A DNA stretch of 20,000 nucleotides from an uncultured virus (IMG/VR IMGVR_UViG_3300027969_000078). Lineage: Duplodnaviria; Heunggongvirae; Uroviricota; Caudoviricetes. This document shows, one piece after another, positions 1-6,967 of the stretch; position 1 is the first letter of the stretch, and each line of letters starts with the position of its first letter. Location: the IMG/VR virus record IMGVR_UViG_3300027969_000078; one strand, given 5' to 3'. Under the pieces are notes generated by a model. That model was given only the letters and a program-made list of their open reading frames with translations. It was not told the DNA's origin and searched no databases. The translations under genes and the position numbers were made by a program.

Positions 1-426
1 TTCTACGCGAATGCGAGGCATCTTTGCTTCTTCGTCCAATTCAATCATGAAAGGAACGAAACCGTATGTTAGATACCAATCAGCACCAGAGTACATCTGG
101 ATTGAAAGGTCTGAGTGTGAGAAATAGTTAGATGCAATACGGGTGCGCTTATCAGCAAAAGCACGTGCTTTATCGCTGACTGAGTTAGCCGCTGAGCAGT
201 TTACTGCTGGAAGCGGAGCCATGACTTCGGATAGGTCACGGGCTACAACATCAATGAAGTTAGCAACTACGTTGGCATCTACGCCATCTGGAAAAAAATC
301 AGGGTATACCTGTGAGATTTTACCCTTGCGGACAGCAAGAACATCCTGGTTGCGAGCATCGCGCTCGCTATTGCGATAGCGCAACGCTTCAACGCGTGCG
401 GCTACCTGCTCCATTGTTAATGCCAT
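1..426 (-). CDS. Portal protein, N-terminal part (runs off the window)
   Basis: Not in the ORF track. My translation from ATG at 426 (AGGA upstream) gives MALTMEQVAARVEALRYRNSERDARNQDVLAVRKGKISQVYPDFFPDGVDANVVANFIDVVARDLSEVMAPLP. It lies downstream of terminase; the portal call rests mainly on synteny. Confidence 0.75.
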   Translation of the reverse strand, partial: MALTMEQVAARVEALRYRNSERDARNQDVLAVRKGKISQVYPDFFPDGVDANVVANFIDVVARDLSEVMAPLPAVNCSAANSVSDKARAFADKRTRIASNYFSHSDLSIQMYSGADWYLTYGFVPFMIELDEEAKMPRIRVE

Positions 427-453
427 TGTTATCCTAACGATTAAAGGGGAGAA

Positions 454-759
454 TTATTTCTTTTTAGCAATTTCACGCATAATTGGATTAACCTCACGGC
501 GAATGATTGCTGCGCCACGAGCCAAAGTGCGTTGACGGTCTAAAATTCTTTTATCCTGAATTTGTTTTTTTTGTTCAGCAGATAACTTTTCTGCTCCCTT
601 TGGCAAAGTAAAGAGAGTGTCTTTTGGTAGTTTATTGAATCGTCTCTGTTGGTCAAGCGTCATTGGAAATTCATATACATCATTTGGCTTGTAAACCTTT
701 GCCACAGCCTTACCGCCTTGGCCTGTAATGCCAGCAACTTTTCGAGGTTTCATTGTCAT
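454..759 (-). CDS. Small basic hypothetical protein (101 aa)
   Basis: K/R-rich ORF starting 1 nt after the stop of the upstream gene; contains GITGQGGKAVAKVYK. Confidence 0.75.
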   Translation of the reverse strand: MTMKPRKVAGITGQGGKAVAKVYKPNDVYEFPMTLDQQRRFNKLPKDTLFTLPKGAEKLSAEQKKQIQDKRILDRQRTLARGAAIIRREVNPIMREIAKKK

Positions 760-760
760 T

Positions 761-1063
761 TTACTTCTTCTTTTTCTTTAGGTTTTGTCTATCAATTTCT
801 AGTTGCTTCTGAAAAGAAATAGTTTCGGGAGACTCTACTGGAATAGTTCTAAATGCATACTTTAGTTTTTCCAAAAACGACTTTTGATTACCAGTTTCTT
901 TGTAATCTTTACCTACGTTTCTTCCTCCAGTGCCAGAAATACCACTTGTTGTTCTTGCGGTTAAGTCGGTGCTGTAACGTCTTGCTGTTGCCCTACCCAC
1001 GACTGCAGCCTTAACCTTAGCCTTTGGTGTCATAGGCTTTGGTGAATATGATGTTGATGCCAT
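761..1063 (-). CDS. Small basic hypothetical protein (100 aa), probable paralogue of 454-759
   Basis: Start moved to ATG at 1063 (MASTSYSPK), which follows AAAGAGGA just after the terminase stop; contains GISGTGGRNVGKDYK. Confidence 0.75.
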   Translation of the reverse strand: MASTSYSPKPMTPKAKVKAAVVGRATARRYSTDLTARTTSGISGTGGRNVGKDYKETGNQKSFLEKLKYAFRTIPVESPETISFQKQLEIDRQNLKKKKK

Positions 1064-1076
1064 TTTATTTTCCTCT

Positions 1077-2939
1077 TTAGTATTGGTTTGACCATTGTGT
1101 GGCAAATTCGTCGTCTAAGTTAATTGCCATTCTGCGTTGCGTCTGAGCGCGAGTAGCCCACCTGTTATTAGCATACTGTGATGCCTGGCTTGAGCGTTGC
1201 ATCATCTCTCTAATACGGATGATTGTAAACCACAGGGCCATTACAACGTCCGTAGGGTTCTTAGTATCTGGCTTCCAGGTAATAAGTTCCTGTACTAACG
1301 TCTTAAGGCCTTCTGAGCCTTCATTGCTAGGCAGTTCAATCAGGTTGTTATCCTGGAATCTACCATCACGGGTATTACCAAAGAGGGTAGCCATAGATGC
1401 CACACCGAAAGATGTGTCCCACTTGTTCTTGCCAGTAAAGTGTGAGTTTAACTGGGTTCCATATCCTGCCAAGAAGTTACGTAGATTGTCATCCAGGGCG
1501 TAAGCCTTCTGGTGAGCGTTAATTTCAATACGTAGTTCCTGTGGCCGATACTTGTCGACCCACTCTTCAATCAAACTTTGAATCTTAGCAGGTGTAGGCT
1601 CTGTCATATTGACAGCATCTAGGACGTAGATACGCCCATCTGCCCTGTTATAGGTACATACGACGGCTCCTGTGGCTCCTGCCATAGCAGGGTCAAGTCC
1701 GATAATGGTATAACCTTCAACGTGCTGTGGATGTCCTGGTGCTCCAGGCTTTAACGGTCCACGCTTTCGCATTCCGTTGACGCTTCCTGCAACGCAGGTT
1801 GGTGAGAAGATGGAATCTTCTTGTACGTCTTCTTGCTGGTAGACCATAGCCCATACCGACGGAGCGACCTCAGAGCGACGCTTAAAGAGAGAAGGTCCGT
1901 CCCACTTGGGATATAGCCCATCATCTAGCACCTCGTCCAGGTCGTTTTCCTGCTGGTCTGTAGCAGGCCATAAAGTTTGCCAGTTCTTTGGTTTTTCATC
2001 AAACTGCAATACTGCTGGCATAGCGCAATATGTGAAAGGGGTCTTGCCACCTGTCCACTGCGAGCCATCTCTAATCATCTTGTAGAGGTCTACAGATGCC
2101 ACACGGGTTCCTACAATGATAAGTTTACCGTGTCGTCCCAAACGGGTTATAACTTCCTTTTGCAACCACTCAATTTGTTTTTCCCACTCATGAGCATTAG
2201 AACCCATCACCACGTCATCTAGGATAATTAAGTCGGCGCGTGCTCCGTAAATCTGCGAACCAAAGCCCAGTGCTTGAACCGTAGGGTCCTTTTCACCTGA
2301 GTCACGTCCTGTGCCTAGATAAATCATGTCGGCAGACCATTGTGTAGCATCTGCCTTATACCCACCATTAGGGCCAAAGGCCGTCTGTAGTTTCATATAT
2401 CCTGGGTGGGATAGTCGGGTTTTAATTGCACCCAAAAATTTACGAGCCATACCCTGGGTCTTAGAGACAATGATTACTCGCGTATTAGGGTTGGTCACAA
2501 TCTTGTAAGTTACGTAGTTGGTTGTGATAGTAGTGGATTTGGCGTGCTCAGGTGGCACGTTAATCAACACACGGTTCGGGTCGCCTGGCTCGTAGGTCAT
2601 ACCAGAAGGTAGCCAACGAGGGGTCTTTCCCTCTATCAAATCAATCCAGTCTAGTTGATGGTCAAAAAGACGTGAATCGAGGAATTGCTCTGAAAACTCA
2701 TGGAAGGGCATTTCCTTCATATCGGCTAGGTCAGCCTTAATACCTTTGCCAGCAAGTCTGGCTTTATCAGCGGCAGCCTTAAAGTCGGCATTTTGCATTG
2801 ACCACTGACGGAAGGCGGTGTCCTGACGGTCTACGGCAGCCATAGCGGCTGTGACGGTCGCACCTTGCTCTAGAAGAGCCAGTACTTTAGCCTGGGCTTC
2901 TTCCTTGGTATAACTCTGTTTTCCTGCTTTGCGTCCCAT
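1077..2939 (-). CDS. terL: Terminase large subunit with an N-terminal HTH-like extension
   Basis: Walker A-like NVPPEHAKST, Walker B LIILDD, coupling motif VGT, nuclease motifs IGLDPA and DVVMALW. Confidence 0.92.
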   Translation of the reverse strand: MGRKAGKQSYTKEEAQAKVLALLEQGATVTAAMAAVDRQDTAFRQWSMQNADFKAAADKARLAGKGIKADLADMKEMPFHEFSEQFLDSRLFDHQLDWIDLIEGKTPRWLPSGMTYEPGDPNRVLINVPPEHAKSTTITTNYVTYKIVTNPNTRVIIVSKTQGMARKFLGAIKTRLSHPGYMKLQTAFGPNGGYKADATQWSADMIYLGTGRDSGEKDPTVQALGFGSQIYGARADLIILDDVVMGSNAHEWEKQIEWLQKEVITRLGRHGKLIIVGTRVASVDLYKMIRDGSQWTGGKTPFTYCAMPAVLQFDEKPKNWQTLWPATDQQENDLDEVLDDGLYPKWDGPSLFKRRSEVAPSVWAMVYQQEDVQEDSIFSPTCVAGSVNGMRKRGPLKPGAPGHPQHVEGYTIIGLDPAMAGATGAVVCTYNRADGRIYVLDAVNMTEPTPAKIQSLIEEWVDKYRPQELRIEINAHQKAYALDDNLRNFLAGYGTQLNSHFTGKNKWDTSFGVASMATLFGNTRDGRFQDNNLIELPSNEGSEGLKTLVQELITWKPDTKNPTDVVMALWFTIIRIREMMQRSSQASQYANNRWATRAQTQRRMAINLDDEFATQWSNQY

Positions 2940-2999
2940 GTTATTTCCTGTCCCTAAACGGTGATTTAACGCTTCTTAGAAACGGCATAACTTTCCCAC

Positions 3000-3410
3000 C
3001 TGTATTACAAAAAATTCAAAAATCTATATATATAGGAGCGGAGTCTTAAACGGAGCGACTCCGTATATATTTATCTATATACTATAGAAGACCCGTTCAA
3101 ACGGGTCTTTTCCGAGTGGGTTGGGAAAGTATTTTCCCGAACCCCTTTATCTTAAGCGTACGATGTGACGTACGTCACACATCCCGAGGAGTACTTAAAG
3201 TACTCTGAAGGGGGGCAATTAAATATAACAGAAAATTATTTAGGGAGTATATATATATAAAAGAACCTCGATTTAATAAATCTCGGGTCAAACATTGCGC
3301 TTGCGCGCATATTCTGCGCTCTTTATTGTTGTGGGAATTGTGAATGAGTGACTATCCCCCGAAGGGGTTTAGATAATAGATATTCCCCCCGATAAAATAA
3401 AATATAATCG
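3000..3410. other. AT-rich non-coding region with clustered inverted repeats (candidate genome end, pac site or origin)
   Basis: Inverted repeats at 3039-3063, 3088-3109, 3118-3144 (imperfect), 3164-3179 and 3189-3205, plus TATA runs. Lies between the divergent late and early arms. Confidence 0.55.
3164..3179. promoter_or_regulatory. Perfect CRP/GlxR-type box TGTGA-N6-TCACA
   Basis: Sequence TGTGACGTACGTCACA, intergenic. Confidence 0.55.
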
Positions 3411-3535
3411 GTGAAGGTGTCGGCATCTCTCGCGCCCGACTTATACCACGCCCGCGCCTATGCTCCCCGCCATATTCCCCCGCGTGTCGGCTCACGCTCC
3501 CGCGCTCACGCTCAACCCGCCCGCGCTCCCGCCCG

Positions 3536-3549
3536 TTCGGTTAACCGAA
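3536..3549. repeat. Palindrome A copy 1 (TTCGGTTAACCGAA)
   Basis: Exact copy, upstream of the promoter of gene 3678. Confidence 0.9.
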
Positions 3550-3617
3550 TGACCCCCGACCCGCCAAAGAAATCACCCCCCCGACCCTTGCGCTTGGTGT
3601 TGCGATATTGGAAATCG

Positions 3618-3626
3618 TGGTATCGT
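3618..3626 (+). promoter_or_regulatory. Possible extended -10 promoter (TGgTATCGT) for gene 3678
   Basis: TGn-TAnnnT about 50 nt before the ATG; no well-spaced -35 (TTGCGA is 15 nt away). Confidence 0.4.
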
Positions 3627-3677
3627 TCTCTTATGCCAAACGGCATTCAGTACCCAACCAGAAATGAGAAATAAAAA

Positions 3678-4274
3678 ATGGCTACAAAGTCAAAGGCTCC
3701 AAAGTCAGTAGAAATCAAGGCTCCAAAGATTGCAACCGCTTGGAATGGTGTCTGCACCACTTCTGCAAAGTCGGAGAATGAAATCGTGAAAGCGATTGAG
3801 AACCTTAGCGCGACCCTAATTCTTGAGTCCCGCCTATCAGTTGCCGACCAGAAGAAGTTCATCAAAGGCTTGGAAGATAGTGGCAAGGTGTCCTCATTCG
3901 TGAAGTCATCTCACGCGCCAGCGCTCCCAACTTGGTCAAAGTTGCGCGCCCTACACGCGGACTTCCGCGCCCTACCTATCGCCAAGCAACTCTCAACCGC
4001 CGCCGCATCATACGACCTTCTTGGCGCTGGCAAGGGTGAGCAATATAAGACCCTAGAAATCTTGACCAAAGAAATCGCGGGTGTTCGCAAGAATAAGGCT
4101 GAGAAGGCTAAAGCGGGAGCATCAACACCCGCAAAGGCTAAGGCTCCAAAGGATACGCTGAAAGACATCCTCGCATTCTTCACCGCGTTGGATACTTCTA
4201 CCCTAGAAGATGCTCAACTGGACACCCTAGTAGAAATCCAGTTCATCTTAGAAGGTAAGATGGCAAGCGCATAA
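3678..4274 (+). CDS. Hypothetical K/A-rich protein, first gene of the early arm (198 aa)
   Basis: Long ORF with its own putative promoter and a strong terminator; repeated KAPK motifs; no family recognised. Confidence 0.85.
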   Translation: MATKSKAPKSVEIKAPKIATAWNGVCTTSAKSENEIVKAIENLSATLILESRLSVADQKKFIKGLEDSGKVSSFVKSSHAPALPTWSKLRALHADFRALPIAKQLSTAAASYDLLGAGKGEQYKTLEILTKEIAGVRKNKAEKAKAGASTPAKAKAPKDTLKDILAFFTALDTSTLEDAQLDTLVEIQFILEGKMASA

Positions 4275-4285
4275 GCAAGAAGAAG

Positions 4286-4317
4286 ATAGCCCCCGCGAAA
4301 GCGGGGGTTATTTTTTT
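4286..4317 (+). terminator. Intrinsic terminator
   Basis: TAGCCCCCGC-GAAA-GCGGGGGTTA followed by T7, about 12 nt after the stop. Confidence 0.92.
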
Positions 4318-4331
4318 GCCCAAAAATTCGG

Positions 4332-4352
4332 CCGACACAAACCAACACAAAC
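4332..4352 (+). repeat. Motif B copy 1 (CCGACACAAAC) plus a tandem variant CCAACACAAAC
   Basis: Read directly; intergenic. Confidence 0.8.
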
Positions 4353-4393
4353 CGAATACTGGCAAGGAACGACCAGCGACAAGAAACTTTTTT

Positions 4394-4404
4394 CCGACAC
4401 AAAC
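4394..4404 (+). repeat. Motif B copy 2
   Basis: CCGACACAAAC followed by AAATCAC. Confidence 0.8.
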
Positions 4405-4440
4405 AAATCACAGGGCAGGGCAGGCAAGAGATTAGCGGCG

Positions 4441-4454
4441 TTCGGTTAACCGAA
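4441..4454. repeat. Palindrome A copy 2
   Basis: Exact copy, ends 6 bp upstream of the -35 at 4461. Confidence 0.9.
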
Positions 4455-4460
4455 TGGTAC

Positions 4461-4489
4461 TTGACGGATATTTAGCCATAGGGTAGACT
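4461..4489 (+). promoter_or_regulatory. SigA/sigma70-type promoter
   Basis: TTGACG-N17-TAGACT. Confidence 0.8.
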
Positions 4490-4535
4490 AGTGTCTATCA
4501 GCGAGGCTCCTGCCTAGTTGGTATCCAACCTAGTG

Positions 4536-4549
4536 TTCGGTTAACCGAA
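4536..4549. repeat. Palindrome A copy 3
   Basis: Exact copy, extends to the 18-bp TGTTCGGTTAACCGAACA; 17 nt upstream of ATG 4567. Confidence 0.9.
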
Positions 4550-4566
4550 CAGAGAGTGAGAACGAA

Positions 4567-4701
4567 ATGTTAGACCTGAATGAGTTAAGCGCTCACTTAG
4601 AAGTACAGACCAACATTCTAAATGAGAAGCGAGCAGAGCAAGAAAAGTACGAGCAAGGCGTTCGTGCTATCAAAGAAGCAACCAACAAGGAGATGATGTA
4701 A
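4567..4701 (+). CDS. Hypothetical microprotein (44 aa)
   Basis: MLDLNELSAHLEVQTNILNEKRAEQEKYEQGVRAIKEATNKEMM; TAATG-coupled to the next ORF. Confidence 0.75.
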   Translation: MLDLNELSAHLEVQTNILNEKRAEQEKYEQGVRAIKEATNKEMM

Positions 4702-4877
4702 TGAGCCAGCCAACAGGAGTAGCACTACGCGTTACCAACAAAGACGGCAAGGAGTCGTTTCCATCATATGAGGCTTGGGGTTGGGATAAGGTCAATGATA
4801 TTATTCAGGGAACCTTAGCCATTGACCACGTTGCAAAGGTTGAAATCGTAGACGTTAATATCAGAGAGGGTATGTAA
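4701..4877 (+). CDS. Hypothetical microprotein (58 aa)
   Basis: MSQPTGVALRVTNKDGKESFPSYEAWGWDKVNDIIQGTLAIDHVAKVEIVDVNIREGM; AAGGAG RBS; TAATG overlaps on both sides. Confidence 0.8.
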   Translation: MSQPTGVALRVTNKDGKESFPSYEAWGWDKVNDIIQGTLAIDHVAKVEIVDVNIREGM

Positions 4878-4990
4878 TGATTACTTGGAGCATTGACGAC
4901 CCGAATGGTCTTAATGATGATGAACTAGAAGTATTTAGAGCAGATATACAAGATGCTATTGACGGCGTTGTAGAAGATTGGGGCATTTGA
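4877..4990 (+). CDS. Acidic microprotein (37 aa)
   Basis: MITWSIDDPNGLNDDELEVFRADIQDAIDGVVEDWGI; GAGG RBS; TAATG coupling. Confidence 0.75.
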   Translation: MITWSIDDPNGLNDDELEVFRADIQDAIDGVVEDWGI

Positions 4991-5015
4991 CCAAAACTTA
5001 TGCAGGTGGTAGACT
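4987..5015 (+). promoter_or_regulatory. SigA/sigma70-type promoter
   Basis: TTGACC-N17-TAGACT with a TGn extension; shares the TAGACTAGT context with the 4461 promoter. Confidence 0.8.
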
Positions 5016-5021
5016 AGTCTT

Positions 5022-5126
5022 ATTGGCGAGCCTACCTTTCGTTGGGTAGGGTAGGCTGGTGGCTCACGATAGGCATTTACGCAGGTGCGAGTCCTGCGGT
5101 GAGCGCGTGATAACAAATCGTTATCA
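5022..5126 (+). ncRNA. Putative structured RNA or leader containing a tRNA-like acceptor + T-arm domain
   Basis: Hairpin AGCCTACC/GGTAGGCT (5029-5057); GCTCAC/GTGAGC stem stacked on CGCAGG-TGCGAGT-CCTGCG (5062-5104); hairpin TGATAAC/GTTATCA (5108-5126). Confidence 0.55.
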
Positions 5127-5130
5127 TCTG

Positions 5131-5144
5131 TTCGGTTAACCGAA
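5131..5144. repeat. Palindrome A copy 4
   Basis: Exact copy, 20 nt upstream of ATG 5165. Confidence 0.9.
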
Positions 5145-5164
5145 TGGTGTTCTAAGGATATGAT

Positions 5165-5317
5165 ATGGAACTGATTAACTTAGATGTAAGCGAGTACGGC
5201 ATTAGCCTTACTTCTTACTTCGGTGATGTGTACGTTTTCTGGCGCACACTTCTTCTCGTTGCTGGTGTAGTTGTGGTACTTCGTATCGCTAAGTCTATCC
5301 GTAAGAAGGTACGCTAA
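5165..5317 (+). CDS. Small single-pass membrane protein (50 aa)
   Basis: MELINLDVSEYGISLTSYFGDVYVFWRTLLLVAGVVVVLRIAKSIRKKVR; AAGGA RBS; TAATG coupling. Confidence 0.8.
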   Translation: MELINLDVSEYGISLTSYFGDVYVFWRTLLLVAGVVVVLRIAKSIRKKVR

Positions 5318-5511
5318 TGACCTACAAATCAGCAGACCAACTGGTGGCGGAAATTTCCGACACAAACAATTCGTGGGAAGCACGCCTTGACTACGACCTC
5401 GTACAAGAAATCTTGGGGCGTTCTATGAGCCTCAAGGAATGGGGACAACTCGTTGATACCCTTGACGATATCGTATTTGAGACAGTTATGAGTTTCTCCA
5501 ATGACCAGTAA
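5317..5511 (+). CDS. Hypothetical acidic protein (64 aa)
   Basis: Coupled ORF with AAGGT RBS. Confidence 0.75.
   Translation: MTYKSADQLVAEISDTNNSWEARLDYDLVQEILGRSMSLKEWGQLVDTLDDIVFETVMSFSNDQ
5357..5367 (+). repeat. Motif B copy 3 (inside a CDS)
   Basis: TTTCCGACACAAACAA, the same 16-mer as at 4391-4406. Confidence 0.75.
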
Positions 5512-5716
5512 TGTATCTATAGAGTTGACCCCTGCCGAGGTAAATATCGTCAGGCAATCTCTACGCGCTGAACACGATAGAATGGTGAAGCAGGGCTATG
5601 CCCAACTTGCCAAACTTGCAATAGAAACATCTAGTAAAATCGCTGATGCCGTAATTGACAATAGTTTAGGCAAGGTGTATGATAGTACCACTCAACCACA
5701 AAGCGTGGTTGGTTAA
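5501..5716 (+). CDS. Hypothetical protein (71 aa)
   Basis: Overlaps the end of the upstream gene and stops just before palindrome copy 5. Confidence 0.7.
   Translation: MTSNVSIELTPAEVNIVRQSLRAEHDRMVKQGYAQLAKLAIETSSKIADAVIDNSLGKVYDSTTQPQSVVG
5655..5683 (+). promoter_or_regulatory. Near-consensus SigA/sigma70 promoter for the amidoligase operon
   Basis: TTGACA-N17-TATGAT. Confidence 0.8.
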
Positions 5717-5719
5717 GCG

Positions 5720-5733
5720 TTCGGTTAAACGAA
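5720..5733. repeat. Palindrome A copy 5 (TTCGGTTAAACGAA, 1 mismatch)
   Basis: Intergenic, 16 nt before ATG 5750. Confidence 0.85.
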
Positions 5734-5749
5734 CAGACAAGGTAAGGTT

Positions 5750-6964
5750 ATGGAAGAAAACAAAGAAGGTATAGAATGCGCGGTCTGCGATACCGCCATT
5801 GCACCTGATGATGTATTCCAAGTACAGCCAGACCAGCAAGTATGCTCTGACTGCGTGCGAATATGTGAAAGGTGTGATGAGTCAGGCACATCTGACGATA
5901 ACTACTGCGAAGTAGATGGCAACGCTATGTGGTGCGAGAACTGTATCAGTCGCGCTGCGAGTTTCTGCGCCTACTGTGAGGAGTACAACTCAGAAGGCAC
6001 TAACTACATACAAGATAGAGGCGATTACTGGTGCAGTTATTGCACACAGGACAACGCTTCTTATTGCGACGATTGCGATAATTACTATCAAGATGGTTGC
6101 GAAGACTGTTATCGTGAGCCAGAGATGATTCACGATTACAGTTACAGACCTGACCTTATATTCCACACCACCAACAAGGATGAACGCTTGTACTTTGGTA
6201 TGGAGATAGAGTTGGAATGTCGTAATGGTCGGACTGACCCTTCCGATTACGCTGGCAATATGCTAGAACGATATGACCTAGCATATCTCAAGAGTGATGG
6301 CTCTCTCAATGATGGCTTCGAGATAGTTACCCACCCTATGACTCACGACTTCTTCAAGAACGAGGCGACCGAGTTCTGGGAAACCATTGCAACACTACGA
6401 GATAGATATAGAGTTATGACTTGGGGTGCTAGTACAACTGGTATCCACATTCATATCTCACGTACTGGGTTTAATGGTGGTGCTCATATGCACCGCTTCC
6501 TGAACCTTGTGTATAGCAATGAGGGATTGTATTCCACTATTGCTGGTCGTGAGTCTACTCGTTGGGCTAAGTTCGATGATGTCTTGGAGAACACCCTTAC
6601 CCGAGATGAGTTCGGTAACCGCGAATGGAAAACCCATCGTGGTTTCAGCAAGAAGATAACTGATGGTCGCAATACCGATAGGTATTCTGCCGTCAATACC
6701 CAAAATCGTGATACACTTGAGTTACGTATCTTCAAGAGTACCACCAAGCCAGAAAGAATTAAGGCTTATATGGACTTAGCGCACGCCAGCGTTGAGTACA
6801 CTAGAGGGCTTACCCTACAACAAGTTAAAGATGGAGCGCTATCCGATAGTGCTTTCATTGCATATGTAAGAGAGAATGGTTCTCTCTACGAACATCTAGT
6901 CGGACTCCTTGACCAACTAGGTATCAGTAGCGTTCGGTTAGCCGAACAGAATGTGAGTGAATAG
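5750..6964 (+). CDS. Putative amidoligase (COOH-NH2 ligase, Amidoligase_2-like) with a Cys-rich N-terminal region
   Basis: Motifs FGMEIELE, KSDGSL..GFEIVTHP, TGIHIHIS, RYSAVN, TLELRIF; about 8 CxxC pairs in the first 120 aa. Confidence 0.85.
   Translation: MEENKEGIECAVCDTAIAPDDVFQVQPDQQVCSDCVRICERCDESGTSDDNYCEVDGNAMWCENCISRAASFCAYCEEYNSEGTNYIQDRGDYWCSYCTQDNASYCDDCDNYYQDGCEDCYREPEMIHDYSYRPDLIFHTTNKDERLYFGMEIELECRNGRTDPSDYAGNMLERYDLAYLKSDGSLNDGFEIVTHPMTHDFFKNEATEFWETIATLRDRYRVMTWGASTTGIHIHISRTGFNGGAHMHRFLNLVYSNEGLYSTIAGRESTRWAKFDDVLENTLTRDEFGNREWKTHRGFSKKITDGRNTDRYSAVNTQNRDTLELRIFKSTTKPERIKAYMDLAHASVEYTRGLTLQQVKDGALSDSAFIAYVRENGSLYEHLVGLLDQLGISSVRLAEQNVSE
6933..6946. repeat. Palindrome A copy 6 (TTCGGTTAGCCGAA, 1 mismatch)
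   Basis: In the amidoligase 3' end, 21 nt before ATG 6968. Confidence 0.85.
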
Positions 6965-6967
6965 CCT

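Noticed and set aside
3411..3674. 87-aa P/R-rich ORF
   Set aside because: Translation of a low-complexity C-rich regulatory tract with no RBS; overlaps the promoter and palindrome.
4411..4427. Short CAGGG tandem repeat
   Set aside because: Only about three units and two G3 runs; too weak to interpret.
5062..5107. Canonical tRNA gene
   Set aside because: No D stem, anticodon arm or CCA; reported only as tRNA-like.
6611..6625. TTCGGTAACCGCGAA, resembling palindrome A
   Set aside because: Needs indels to align and lies mid-CDS; not counted.
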